A DNA stretch of 32,000 nt from Nitrososphaera viennensis EN76 (GTDB lineage Archaea; Thermoproteota; Nitrososphaeria; Nitrososphaerales; Nitrososphaeraceae): NCBI RefSeq assembly GCF_000698785.1, contig NZ_CP007536.1, positions 2,040,001 through 2,072,000 on the forward strand, given 5' to 3'. Below are positions 14,718 through 23,085 of this stretch, in pieces. The position numbers and the translations under genes are program-made. Every line of letters begins with the position of its first letter. Positions within the stretch are counted from its first letter, which is position 1. Below the pieces are notes generated by a model. It made no database searches. It saw only the letters and a program-made list of their open reading frames with translations, and was not told the DNA's origin.

Positions 14718-15587
14718 ATGATGTTCAGGACGCTCATCTTTGTGCCCGGCGCAAACGCGCGCTTTATCGAAAAGGCCAAGGCGCTTGCGGCCGACATTAT
14801 CTGCTTTGACCTTGAAGATTCCGTGCCGGCAAACGAAAAAGAGACTGCAAGAAAAGTTATCGCCGGCGCGCTGGCCAAGAGGCAGGAATACCAGAAACCC
14901 GTGTACGTGCGCACCAACTCGCCCGAGTCAGGACTGATACAGGCAGACATCGAGGCGGTGGTGCAAAAGGGCATTGATGGATTGGTCATCCCAAAGGTAA
15001 ACGACGCAAACGAAGTCATTGAAATCGCCAGAGCCGTGTCGGCGCTTGAAAAAGAGCGTGGAACAGGCAAGATAGCGCTCATCCCTTCAATCGAGACTGC
15101 AAAAGGGGTTGTCAATACATACGCTATATCGAGCGTGGACGACCGCGTGAACGCCGTGGTGTTTGGCGTCTTTGACTTTTTGCACGACATGCGCATGGAC
15201 TATGACGAGCGCGACGACAGCGGCTATGCGTACGCCCGGGCCAGAATCCCGGTTGACGCAAGGGCCGCTGGCGTTGCCGCCATTGACGCGATATGGCAAA
15301 AGGTGGACGACATTGACGGGCTCGTACAGGACGCGACTGCTGCAAAGCGCCTCGGCTACTCTGGCAAGAGCATAATCCACCCGGGCCAGATAGAGCCGGT
15401 GCACAGGGTTTTTCTGCCGTCCAAGAGCGAGATCGAGTGGGCCAAAAAAGTCGTTGCAGCGCTCGGCGAAGCGATGGAAAAGGGCACGGGCAGGCTTGCA
15501 GTGAGGCTTGAAGGCAGGATGGTAGACGCCGTGCACTACAAGCAGGCCAAGGCAATACTTGAAGCGGCTGCCGCCGGCTCGTCCTAG
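14718..15587 (+). CDS. HpcH/HpaI/CitE-family acyl-CoA lyase (citryl-, malyl- or citramalyl-CoA lyase-like)
   Basis: 289 aa. RTLIFVPG, FDLEDSV, VYVRTN, VIPKV, IPSIETA, VFGVFDF and GKSIIHPGQI are the CitE beta-subunit-like motifs. Confidence 0.88.
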   Translation: MMFRTLIFVPGANARFIEKAKALAADIICFDLEDSVPANEKETARKVIAGALAKRQEYQKPVYVRTNSPESGLIQADIEAVVQKGIDGLVIPKVNDANEVIEIARAVSALEKERGTGKIALIPSIETAKGVVNTYAISSVDDRVNAVVFGVFDFLHDMRMDYDERDDSGYAYARARIPVDARAAGVAAIDAIWQKVDDIDGLVQDATAAKRLGYSGKSIIHPGQIEPVHRVFLPSKSEIEWAKKVVAALGEAMEKGTGRLAVRLEGRMVDAVHYKQAKAILEAAAAGSS

Positions 15588-16471
15588 TGCCGTACAATCT
15601 TTTTTAGCACAAGGATGCATGCATAGTAGGGTATGTTGTAGAGCCCTGCAAGGACTGCTACCTGCGGGCCAAAGAACTGCGCCGCAAACACCATGACAAG
15701 CGTGTTGTTGACGTACGCGGTAGCTATCATGCCCGCAGATTTTTCACTCTTGGGCGCAACAACAAACCCCACAATGGAAAATGCGGCAAAACAGAGAAAC
15801 GTCGCCGCGACGTTCTGCAAGAGAAACAGCTGGTCTGAAAAAAAGAGCGCTGACAGCTTGGAAAACATGCTGATGTTGATGAGTATTGCAAAGATTATTG
15901 AAAGGTAGAACGAGTTTTTGTGCGCAAACTCGGACGCCCTTGGAGCCTTCTTTTTCACCGCCCACCCCCCGAAGAGCGGTATGAAAAGCGCAAGGGCAAG
16001 GAGCAGCATCATGCTTGCAATGGGCAGGTCGAATTCTGATCCTACCAGCGCGTACGTGAGCGACGGGAGCACGAACGGCACGGAAAGCGACGTCGCGATT
16101 ATCATGCCTACCACAAGCGGCAGGCGCCCGCCTACGATGTTGACCACAAAGGGCGCCCCGAGGCCGGTGGACATGCCTGATACGAGGAGCACTGGAAGCG
16201 CAAGCGGCCTGTAGAGCGCGTACGCTAGGGCATACATGCCGACCGGCAGCGCCACCAGTTTTACAAGGCCAAGGATGGCAAGGCCCTTTGGCCTTGCAAA
16301 AGTCGCAACTACGTCAGAGGCTTCAAGCTTTATCAGGTTAAGGAACAGGAGGATGCCAAGCCACACCAAGAGGTACGGCTCTACCGCCAACCCGGCCTGC
16401 GGCACGAGCACGCCGGCCGCCATCGAGCCGGCGATGGCACAGGCCAGTATCGCGTCGTTACTTGGACGCAA
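15584..16471 (-). CDS. polytopic transporter, bile acid:Na+ symporter (BASS/SBF)-like superfamily
   Basis: 295 aa with about 9-10 hydrophobic helices and two pseudo-symmetric halves. The family call is by general resemblance only. The start overlaps the pepF stop by 14 nt. Confidence 0.7.
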   Translation of the reverse strand: MRPSNDAILACAIAGSMAAGVLVPQAGLAVEPYLLVWLGILLFLNLIKLEASDVVATFARPKGLAILGLVKLVALPVGMYALAYALYRPLALPVLLVSGMSTGLGAPFVVNIVGGRLPLVVGMIIATSLSVPFVLPSLTYALVGSEFDLPIASMMLLLALALFIPLFGGWAVKKKAPRASEFAHKNSFYLSIIFAILINISMFSKLSALFFSDQLFLLQNVAATFLCFAAFSIVGFVVAPKSEKSAGMIATAYVNNTLVMVFAAQFFGPQVAVLAGLYNIPYYACILVLKKIVRH

Positions 16472-18266
16472 GCCCTTTCAGCTGCTGTATCTTTTCGCCC
16501 ACAAGGTCAAAGCCCTGCTGCCAGAACTCTTCTTTCGTGATGTCAAGGCCAGACTCTTTCAAAAGCTCCTCCGGTTTTCTAGAGCCGCCTGCGGCAAGGA
16601 TGCCCAGGTACTTTGGCACAAAGGGCTTGCCTTCCATCTTGTACCGCTGGTACAGCGAGAGCACAAGCAGGTTCCCAAACGAGTAGGCGTAGCAGTAAAA
16701 CGGCGTGTGGTAAAAGTGCGGGATGTATATCCATTCCCACCCAAATTCCGGCGAAACGGCGACGGAACCGCCAAACTGCTCCTTCAGGTTTTCAGTGTAG
16801 ATCTGCGTGACCTGGTCGATGGTGGCGTTTCTTTCGCCTATAGCCCTGTGGGCGTCTATCTCAAACAGCGTAAAGTACGCCTGGCGCATTATCGTGGCGT
16901 ACATGTCGTCAATCTGCTCTGCCAGCAACAATTGCCGCTCCTGCCTCGACATTTTCTCCATCAGGCGCTCGTTCAGCAACATCTCTGCAAACACCGACGC
17001 GGTCTCGGCAAGTGGGAGAGGCGCGTGCGACACCATTATCGGCAGCTTCTCTGCGAGCATGCTGTGGATGGCGTGCCCAAACTCGTGCGCAAGCGTGGAA
17101 ACGTCGCGGGTCCTCCCGTCAAAGTTCAGGAGCACGTACGGGGTTATCGAGGGCGCAACGGTGTGGCAGAAAGCGCCCCCGCGCTTTGCCTTGCGTATCT
17201 CAGAGTCGACATGGCGCTCGGAAAAGACGCGCTCGGCAAGGGCGCGCACCTGCGGGTGGAAGTCGCCAAACGTGTCAAGCACGCTTGCGACCGCCTTGCC
17301 GTACGCAAACTTTTTGCCGGACCTCTTTGTCGAAAGCGGCGCATAGAGGTCGTACCGGCGCAGTTTCTTGACGCCCAAAAGGCGAGCCTTTTCCCTGAAA
17401 TATTCCTGGAACACCCTGTTGTTTTTCCTGCACGCTGCCAGCAGCGCGTCCACGGTCTCGTCGTCAAGGTTGTTTGCGATGTTCCTGACAGAGATCGGCG
17501 TCCTGTAGCCGCGCATGGATATCCCCTCGTTGCGCCACTCGACTACGATGTTCTGGTAGATCTCGCCAAGCACGCCTGAATTCTTTTTGTACGTTGCAAA
17601 CAATGCCCTGTACGCAGCCTCCCTCTCTGCCGGGCTTGCGCTGCGCACAAGCGACACCAGCTTTTCCTTGTTGTCAAATTTCCTGGTAACTTTTTTCTTC
17701 CTGCCGCGCTTTAGCGACATCTCAAACTCAAAGGCAGACGTCATCTTGTCGTAGATCTTTACCAGCGCGCCAGTGCCGGTGACTTCAAGAGTGTTGATTA
17801 TCCTCTCCTCCGGCTCTGACAGCGAGTGCTTTGCAAGCAGGCGCTTGTGGCGCAGGTACTCGCGGTAAACATCAGGCGCCGACTCTATCAGGCGCGCCGC
17901 GTTGCTCTCGTCAAGCTCTTTTTTGAACCAGAGGTCAAAGAACAGCAGGCGGTTTCCTGCCTCGGCCGCCATCTTGTCCATCCGGGTCACCAGCGCCGAC
18001 GCCTCGTTTGAGGCGGTGTTGCCATAGTAGCGCAGGTGCGCATAGCCGCCTGCGATGCTGAGCTTTTCATAAATGTCCTCAAGGTCGTGGATCATGCCCT
18101 CAAACTCTGCGGCAGGGATGTCGGGCCGAAGAGACTGGCGCCTGCCCTCAAACACCTTTACTTTGCCCTCGATGGAGTCAAGAAACTGCGCAAATTCCGA
18201 GCCGGCGGGGTCTTTTACGAGCCCGGAAAGGTCCCAGGCGCCTATTTTAAGAGCGGCAAAATTCAT
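16458..18266 (-). CDS. pepF: oligoendopeptidase F (M3B metallopeptidase)
   Basis: LAHEFGHAIH zinc motif (HEXXH) with a downstream ETASVFAE glutamate. Length is about 600 aa. The track TTG at 18293 is possible, but ATG 18266 (MNFAALKIGAWDL) is more likely. Confidence 0.93.
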   Translation of the reverse strand: MNFAALKIGAWDLSGLVKDPAGSEFAQFLDSIEGKVKVFEGRRQSLRPDIPAAEFEGMIHDLEDIYEKLSIAGGYAHLRYYGNTASNEASALVTRMDKMAAEAGNRLLFFDLWFKKELDESNAARLIESAPDVYREYLRHKRLLAKHSLSEPEERIINTLEVTGTGALVKIYDKMTSAFEFEMSLKRGRKKKVTRKFDNKEKLVSLVRSASPAEREAAYRALFATYKKNSGVLGEIYQNIVVEWRNEGISMRGYRTPISVRNIANNLDDETVDALLAACRKNNRVFQEYFREKARLLGVKKLRRYDLYAPLSTKRSGKKFAYGKAVASVLDTFGDFHPQVRALAERVFSERHVDSEIRKAKRGGAFCHTVAPSITPYVLLNFDGRTRDVSTLAHEFGHAIHSMLAEKLPIMVSHAPLPLAETASVFAEMLLNERLMEKMSRQERQLLLAEQIDDMYATIMRQAYFTLFEIDAHRAIGERNATIDQVTQIYTENLKEQFGGSVAVSPEFGWEWIYIPHFYHTPFYCYAYSFGNLLVLSLYQRYKMEGKPFVPKYLGILAAGGSRKPEELLKESGLDITKEEFWQQGFDLVGEKIQQLKGLASK

Positions 18267-18511
18267 GGGAATTCGATAATTGCGCCCGCTCAAATACGTA
18301 TCCCTGCCTGCCCGGTCTACAGGAATTAACCTGAAATATGGAGAATATGGACAGCTGCCTTAAATAACTGAAATGCGGATGTACGGCCACTCGAATACAA
18401 AACGAGTTTCAGCATGGACGAACGGAAGGCGAGCAATATGCACGCGCCGGGCGCCTTTGGCCCGTGGCGGCGTCGCATGATAATGCCTTTCCTTCACCTG
18501 CTGTCGTCAAA

Positions 18512-19372
18512 TTAATCGGTTTTTACAAATATCGAGTGCGAGGTTGCCGAAAACTGCTCCCCTTCTGCATCCTCTAGCATGGCGTACAGGGTATAGACGC
18601 CGTCCTCCTTTATCGCAGGCGCAAGGTCAAAGCTGACATCGAGGTTGCCATCACTGTCGTCCTGCCACCTGTCGGCCTCTATCACTACGTAGTCGCCTGG
18701 CTGCTGGTATTTCAGGCCGCGCGGAAGCGGCTCGAACACGCTTGCGGCAAGAGTGCCCGCGTCGTACGCCAGCTTTTCCTTGTTTGCGTCGTACGCCTGC
18801 TTGCTTGGCAGCTCGTCATAGTACACCACGACATTGTCAAACTTGGCCCCTGCAGGCATGGGGCCGGCGATGCTGACCTTGGTTCCCTCGACTTCCACGG
18901 ACATCCCGTAGTCTGCCTCAAAGTTCTGCACCAGGGCAAGGTAGTATTCGTCGTACACGATGCCGATGCTCACGTGCGTGTGGTCCCTGTCAAGTATGTT
19001 GTCCCTGTGGCCGTTGTCGCAGCATTCCTTGTCGTTGTACATCATCTCGTTCTGCAGCTCGTCGATGGTGGGCAGCGGATCTATGCGCTCGCACAGGATA
19101 ATAGTGGAGACGCACCTGTCGTATTCCTCAGGCCCAAAGCCGGCGATAGCGACGTTCTGGTGCACGCTTCCCTCACCTCCAAGCCGCGTGTAGGTCATGT
19201 AGGGCTTTTCTCCTGACGACGTCCAGTGCGAGATCTGCTTTGTCCTGAAAACGTCCTCGGCGTGCAGCTGCGCTGCCTGGTTGTCGCCAAGCGCGACCGG
19301 CTCCAGGCCGAATTTCTTGCGTTCGCTGTTTATCGCGGCAAGGGCATGCGCGACAAGCTCTTCCTGCGGCAC
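18512..19372 (-). CDS. CAP/SCP (cysteine-rich secretory protein)-domain protein with a C-terminal beta-rich domain; annotated from the first canonical start, true N-terminus probably upstream
   Basis: INSERKKFGLEPVALGDNQAAQLHAEDVF...HW...GENV...GHRDNILDRDHTHVSIG is the CAP-domain pattern. The frame stays open for 107 more codons upstream (to 19693); see findings. Confidence 0.8.
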   Translation of the reverse strand: MPQEELVAHALAAINSERKKFGLEPVALGDNQAAQLHAEDVFRTKQISHWTSSGEKPYMTYTRLGGEGSVHQNVAIAGFGPEEYDRCVSTIILCERIDPLPTIDELQNEMMYNDKECCDNGHRDNILDRDHTHVSIGIVYDEYYLALVQNFEADYGMSVEVEGTKVSIAGPMPAGAKFDNVVVYYDELPSKQAYDANKEKLAYDAGTLAASVFEPLPRGLKYQQPGDYVVIEADRWQDDSDGNLDVSFDLAPAIKEDGVYTLYAMLEDAEGEQFSATSHSIFVKTD

Positions 19373-19746
19373 CTTTTCTGGCTTGGTCGCCTGCGGCTGC
19401 AGTATCTTTATGGCGCTGTCGACAGGATTACTATTACTATTATTATTTGCGTCACCAAGGTCCCCGGTGAACTGGGGGACGATGAATATCGCCGCAACGG
19501 CTGCGACGATAATTGCCGCTATTATGCCGGCCTTGCTGCTGCCGCGCTTTTTCTCGCCATAGAAAGCGTTTGGCGCGCCGCAGTTTGGGCATGCTGGGAG
19601 GTTTGCACCGTACCGGGCGCCGCATGCGCAATCTATCCACGAGTCTGTCGTATCGCTATCACTGCGAAAATCTGCATATGCCAGTATAATGCTTTATGTA
19701 AAGTGCTTCTACAAGCATATTAGCGAGCCAGGCCAAGCAATGATGC

Positions 19747-19974
19747 TTGAAATCACGATACCACGTCACCGTGCGCTTTTCCGCAGATGGCCGGATTGAA
19801 GTAGCTGGCGACGAAATAACCGTGTCGATAAAGTCGCAGCCGGAACGCGGCAGTGCCAACCGCGAGCTTGTCAAGAGGCTTGCAGGGCATTTCGGCGTTT
19901 CTGAGCAGAATGTGCGGATACTCTCCGGCCTTGCATCGAGGAAAAAGATAGTGGAGGTTATTGTTATTGCCTGA
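19747..19974 (+). CDS. DUF167 (YggU/UPF0235) family protein
   Basis: 75 aa. ITVSIKSQPERGSANRELVKRLAGHFGVSEQNVRILSGLASRKKIVEV matches the G.AN...l...L......v.i..G..sr.K pattern. TTG start. Confidence 0.8.
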   Translation: MKSRYHVTVRFSADGRIEVAGDEITVSIKSQPERGSANRELVKRLAGHFGVSEQNVRILSGLASRKKIVEVIVIA

Positions 19975-19975
19975 T

Positions 19976-20680
19976 ATGCTTGACCTGCTGAAAGGCGAGA
20001 TGCAGGCGCTTGCAGACCAGGACAAGGCCAAGTTCCTGCAGCGGTTCTTCAAGACAGGCCCCGGCCAGTACGGGCAGGGCGACATCTTTATGGGAATCAT
20101 GGTGCCTGCGTCAAGGGAGGTCGCCAGGAAATACGCCGCCGCAGGGATTTCGCTTGCAGACGTGAAAGCGCTCCTGCACTCGCAAATCCACGAGGAGCGC
20201 CTTGTGGCGCTTTTGATACTGGTGCAAAAATACCAGAAAAATCCCAAAGAAGGGATTGCCCAGTTTTACCTTGAAAACCTTGCCTGGGTGAACAACTGGG
20301 ACCTCGTGGACCTGTCTGCTCCTGCGATCCTCGGCGCGTTCTTGCTGGACAAGAAGGAGGACCGCTCGCTCTTGTACGGGCTTGCAAGGTCAAAGGTCTT
20401 GTGGGAAAGGCGCGTCTCTATCGTTTCGACGCATGCCTTTATCCGGAAAAACGACTTTTCAGACACGCTGAAAATATCGGAAATGCTCCTTGGCGATTCG
20501 CACGACCTGATACACAAGGCTGTCGGGTGGATGCTCCGGGAGGTAGGCAAGCGCGACCCTGCCACGGAAGAAGAATTCCTGCAAAAACACTACAAAAAGA
20601 TGCCGCGGACCGCGCTGCGCTACGCCATAGAGCGCTTTTCTGCGGAAAAGAGGCGCTCCTACATGCAAGGCACGGCCTGA
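19976..20680 (+). CDS. DNA alkylation repair protein (AlkD-like HEAT-repeat family)
   Basis: ADQDKAKFLQRFFKTGPGQYGQGDIFMGIMVPASREVARKY...WERRVSIVST...HKAVGWMLRE. ATG 19976 is 1 nt after the DUF167 stop. The track TTG at 19961 would overlap it. Confidence 0.88.
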   Translation: MLDLLKGEMQALADQDKAKFLQRFFKTGPGQYGQGDIFMGIMVPASREVARKYAAAGISLADVKALLHSQIHEERLVALLILVQKYQKNPKEGIAQFYLENLAWVNNWDLVDLSAPAILGAFLLDKKEDRSLLYGLARSKVLWERRVSIVSTHAFIRKNDFSDTLKISEMLLGDSHDLIHKAVGWMLREVGKRDPATEEEFLQKHYKKMPRTALRYAIERFSAEKRRSYMQGTA

Positions 20681-20902
20681 TCAAAAGAGCCGGCGCGGCG
20701 AGTGCCTGTCAAACATCTCGGCGTTTATCTTTTTCAAGAGCTTTTTACGCGACCTGTCGGCCTTTTTGTTCTCGCCATAGTCCTTTGCCACCAAGAGCAT
20801 GCGCAGCCTGTCAAGCTCTTGGATGGAAAGGACCCTGAGTCCCTTGTCCGACACGACCTCCAAGAGGCTGCGAAGCTCGTCAGATTCTTCTTCGCTGTTC
20901 AC
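20681..20902 (-). CDS. hypothetical 73-aa charged protein
   Basis: MNSEEESDELRSLLEVV...KKADRSRKKLLKKINAEMF has no motif I recognise. An A/T box (ATAATAAATAATA, 20922-20936) lies about 25-30 nt upstream of the ATG. Confidence 0.5.
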   Translation of the reverse strand: MNSEEESDELRSLLEVVSDKGLRVLSIQELDRLRMLLVAKDYGENKKADRSRKKLLKKINAEMFDRHSPRRLF

Positions 20903-20937
20903 GCACTAGGTTCCTGCCTTCCGCTATTATTTATTAT

Positions 20938-20954
20938 CGTGCGTGTGTGTGCGT
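20938..20954. repeat. 17-nt perfectly alternating pyrimidine-purine tract (CGTGCGTGTGTGTGCGT)
   Basis: Read directly from the sequence, in the spacer between the GT2 3' end and the promoter of ORF 20681-20902. Confidence 0.7.
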
Positions 20955-20970
20955 CGCCGGCTGCCCTCTT

Positions 20971-22344
20971 TCACTTGTTTACGACGTAAAAGTCGTAAAC
21001 CTTGGCCTTTTGCGCCGGGTCCTTTCTCTTCATGTTGTATTCGATCATGGCCCAGAACGCCGGGAAGGTCTCGACCAGGCCTATGACCGGGCACGCAAGC
21101 AGCGTCTGCAGGTGGAACATCACCCTCTTCCTCCACTCTATCTTTGAGTATTTCAGGTTCAAAAAGAGCCCCAGCTGGTACGACCCGAGCCATACAAGAG
21201 ACGTAAAGAGCAGGATGGTGCCTGCGCTAAGCTCGAGCATGTTGCCCTTTGTCACGGCGTCAAAGATCGAGTTGAAAAAGATGTTTGGCAGCCTGTCTGG
21301 AAGCGACATGAACTCGTAGCCTATGGTGTCATAGTTCAGCAGGGCGGGAATGTAGCTGTACAGCATGATGGCTGTCGAAGCCACTGCGGAAGCAAAGCCG
21401 AGAAAGTATGTCACCGACTTGTACATCAGCTTGTACCTGTGCCACCTGGGAAAGTTCTGGAGGTTCTGGAGAGTGCCAAGGACCCACCTGCGCCTCTGGA
21501 AAAAGTGGTCCTTGATGTTGAGCGGGGGCTGCTCAAGGAGCACGCCGCCGTGCCAGCCCATCGAGCCGGGCCCGTACTTTTCGTAGACCTTGTAGCCAAA
21601 CATCTGGTCCTCCGCAAGCGTCGGCCCGAATTTCCACTCTATCGTGTCTTCGATGTCAGACCTTACGAGCAGGTTGCTTCCGTGCATGTGGAGCGGGGGC
21701 GGGTTTGTCATCTGCGAAACGCAGTCATAGCACGCAAAGGGCCGGATGGACTCGGCGATAGCGGTTAGCCTGTTTGCCGCCTCGAACTTTAGCGGGTAAA
21801 AGATCGGCCCCTCAGAGGCGACCTCCTTTCCGCTCTCTATCGACTTTAGGAGCGCGACTATGGTCTGGGTGGTGACGTAGCTTTCGTCGTCCATGTGGAA
21901 TATCCAGTATTTTGACGTGTTCATGCCAACGCGCCTGCGGTGCTCCACGGCGTACTGGAGTGCCCTGCCCTTTCGTATCGCGTTTGTCTTGAAGTTCTTG
22001 TTTACCACGACTACTTCGCAGTTGACTGCCTTGAGCGTCTTGGCATCGTCGGGGTCGTCTGTCACGATCGAGATGTGGTAGTTGCGGTAATCCGTCTTTT
22101 TTGCAGAGTCTATTATCGACTGTATGCCGCGCCTCACCACGTGCGTCTTGGTGGCCGAGCGGGTCGTTATCTGGAATATTATCGCGGCGTCGCTTCGAAC
22201 GCGCTTTACGTTTTTTTCCGCAAACGCGCGCTTTTCTACAAACAGGTTTCGATTCCGGATCACCCTGTACAGCGACATCGCCGCAATGGGAACATACGAA
22301 AACCAGAAAAACATCGCGACTATTATGAATGGATTATCAAACAC
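20971..22344 (-). CDS. membrane-integrated processive family-2 glycosyltransferase (cellulose/chitin/hyaluronan-synthase-like)
   Basis: 457 aa with an N-terminal TM. FQITTRS...IVTDD, WIFHMDDES, LAEDQMFG and the processive-GT2 signature FFQRRRWVLG (Q-x-x-R-W). About 4-5 C-terminal TM helices. Confidence 0.9.
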   Translation of the reverse strand: MFDNPFIIVAMFFWFSYVPIAAMSLYRVIRNRNLFVEKRAFAEKNVKRVRSDAAIIFQITTRSATKTHVVRRGIQSIIDSAKKTDYRNYHISIVTDDPDDAKTLKAVNCEVVVVNKNFKTNAIRKGRALQYAVEHRRRVGMNTSKYWIFHMDDESYVTTQTIVALLKSIESGKEVASEGPIFYPLKFEAANRLTAIAESIRPFACYDCVSQMTNPPPLHMHGSNLLVRSDIEDTIEWKFGPTLAEDQMFGYKVYEKYGPGSMGWHGGVLLEQPPLNIKDHFFQRRRWVLGTLQNLQNFPRWHRYKLMYKSVTYFLGFASAVASTAIMLYSYIPALLNYDTIGYEFMSLPDRLPNIFFNSIFDAVTKGNMLELSAGTILLFTSLVWLGSYQLGLFLNLKYSKIEWRKRVMFHLQTLLACPVIGLVETFPAFWAMIEYNMKRKDPAQKAKVYDFYVVNK

Positions 22345-22515
22345 GCCTAGTCTAAGATCTTATCATTTAAAACAGTCATGCGGGATAATCTCTAGAAAGG
22401 TTCTCTGGAGAATTGCCACAGGTAAAACATTCGTAAAAGCTTTACCGAACAAAGCGACCCTAAAGCTGGCACAGATAAAAGGGATGAGATCGTATGAAGG
22501 GCAAGCCGCAAAGAC

Positions 22516-23019
22516 ATGTTCAACATGGACGTATTTGGGAGGCAGTTCGTCATCAGGACCCTACACCTGACGTCTGCTGTCTCGACTTTCATCTTTGCCA
22601 TGGTTTACGGCGTGATAGAGCACACGCTGCTCACGAGCCCGCTTGGGATAAGCATCCTGGTGCACCCGCTGAGCGTGAACCTTGTCGGCCAGATCTACTT
22701 TTACCACGTGCTGATGCTGATACTTGCCGTCCTCATATCCTTCAACCCGTTCTTTGACATACTGTTTTTCGCGTCGACGCGCACGGTCAAAAAGCAAGCT
22801 CTCTTGTGGGGCACGGGCAACATCATTAACTTTGTCTGGCTTGAAGACCTGTTCTACTGGGTGCTCTTTGGGGAATGGCCAAAAGACGTGATGACCCCAC
22901 TCCACCTTTCATTTTACGGCATAGTGTGGTGGTACCCCGTCGCGCTTTTGTCCGCGTCAATCCTGTACTACCTGACCATCCGCAGCATGCGGAAAATGAA
23001 GGAAGGGGCCATGTCATAG
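22516..23019 (+). CDS. hypothetical integral membrane protein (about 4-5 TM, Trp/Tyr-rich)
   Basis: 167 aa, divergent from the GT2 gene. The hydrophobic segments are separated by short loops. No family recognised. Confidence 0.55.
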   Translation: MFNMDVFGRQFVIRTLHLTSAVSTFIFAMVYGVIEHTLLTSPLGISILVHPLSVNLVGQIYFYHVLMLILAVLISFNPFFDILFFASTRTVKKQALLWGTGNIINFVWLEDLFYWVLFGEWPKDVMTPLHLSFYGIVWWYPVALLSASILYYLTIRSMRKMKEGAMS

Positions 23020-23050
23020 AGGCATCTTCTACCACCAGAAACCAAACCCG

Positions 23051-23058
23051 TTAATAAT
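23051..23058 (+). promoter_or_regulatory. TATA-box-like TTAATAAT upstream of the PstS-like gene
   Basis: Centred about 31 nt upstream of ATG 23086. This supports that ATG over the track TTG 23071. Confidence 0.45.
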
Positions 23059-23085
23059 TTTGCATGCGTCTTGTACCGCCGGACG

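Noticed and set aside
16236-17579. 447-aa plus-strand ORF
   Set aside because: It is the shadow frame of pepF. The minus strand carries the HEFGH metallopeptidase motif and a coherent M3B sequence. The plus-frame product is Arg/Val/Leu/His-rich with no motif.
18294-18511. Possible 32-aa ORF (MDERKASNMHAPG...) and the tandem GAATATGGA x2 / CTGAAAT x2 repeats in the pepF upstream spacer
   Set aside because: The ORF has no start context or protein-like features. The repeats are only 7-9 nt and could arise by chance. I noted them as possible regulator sites but there is not enough evidence to call them.
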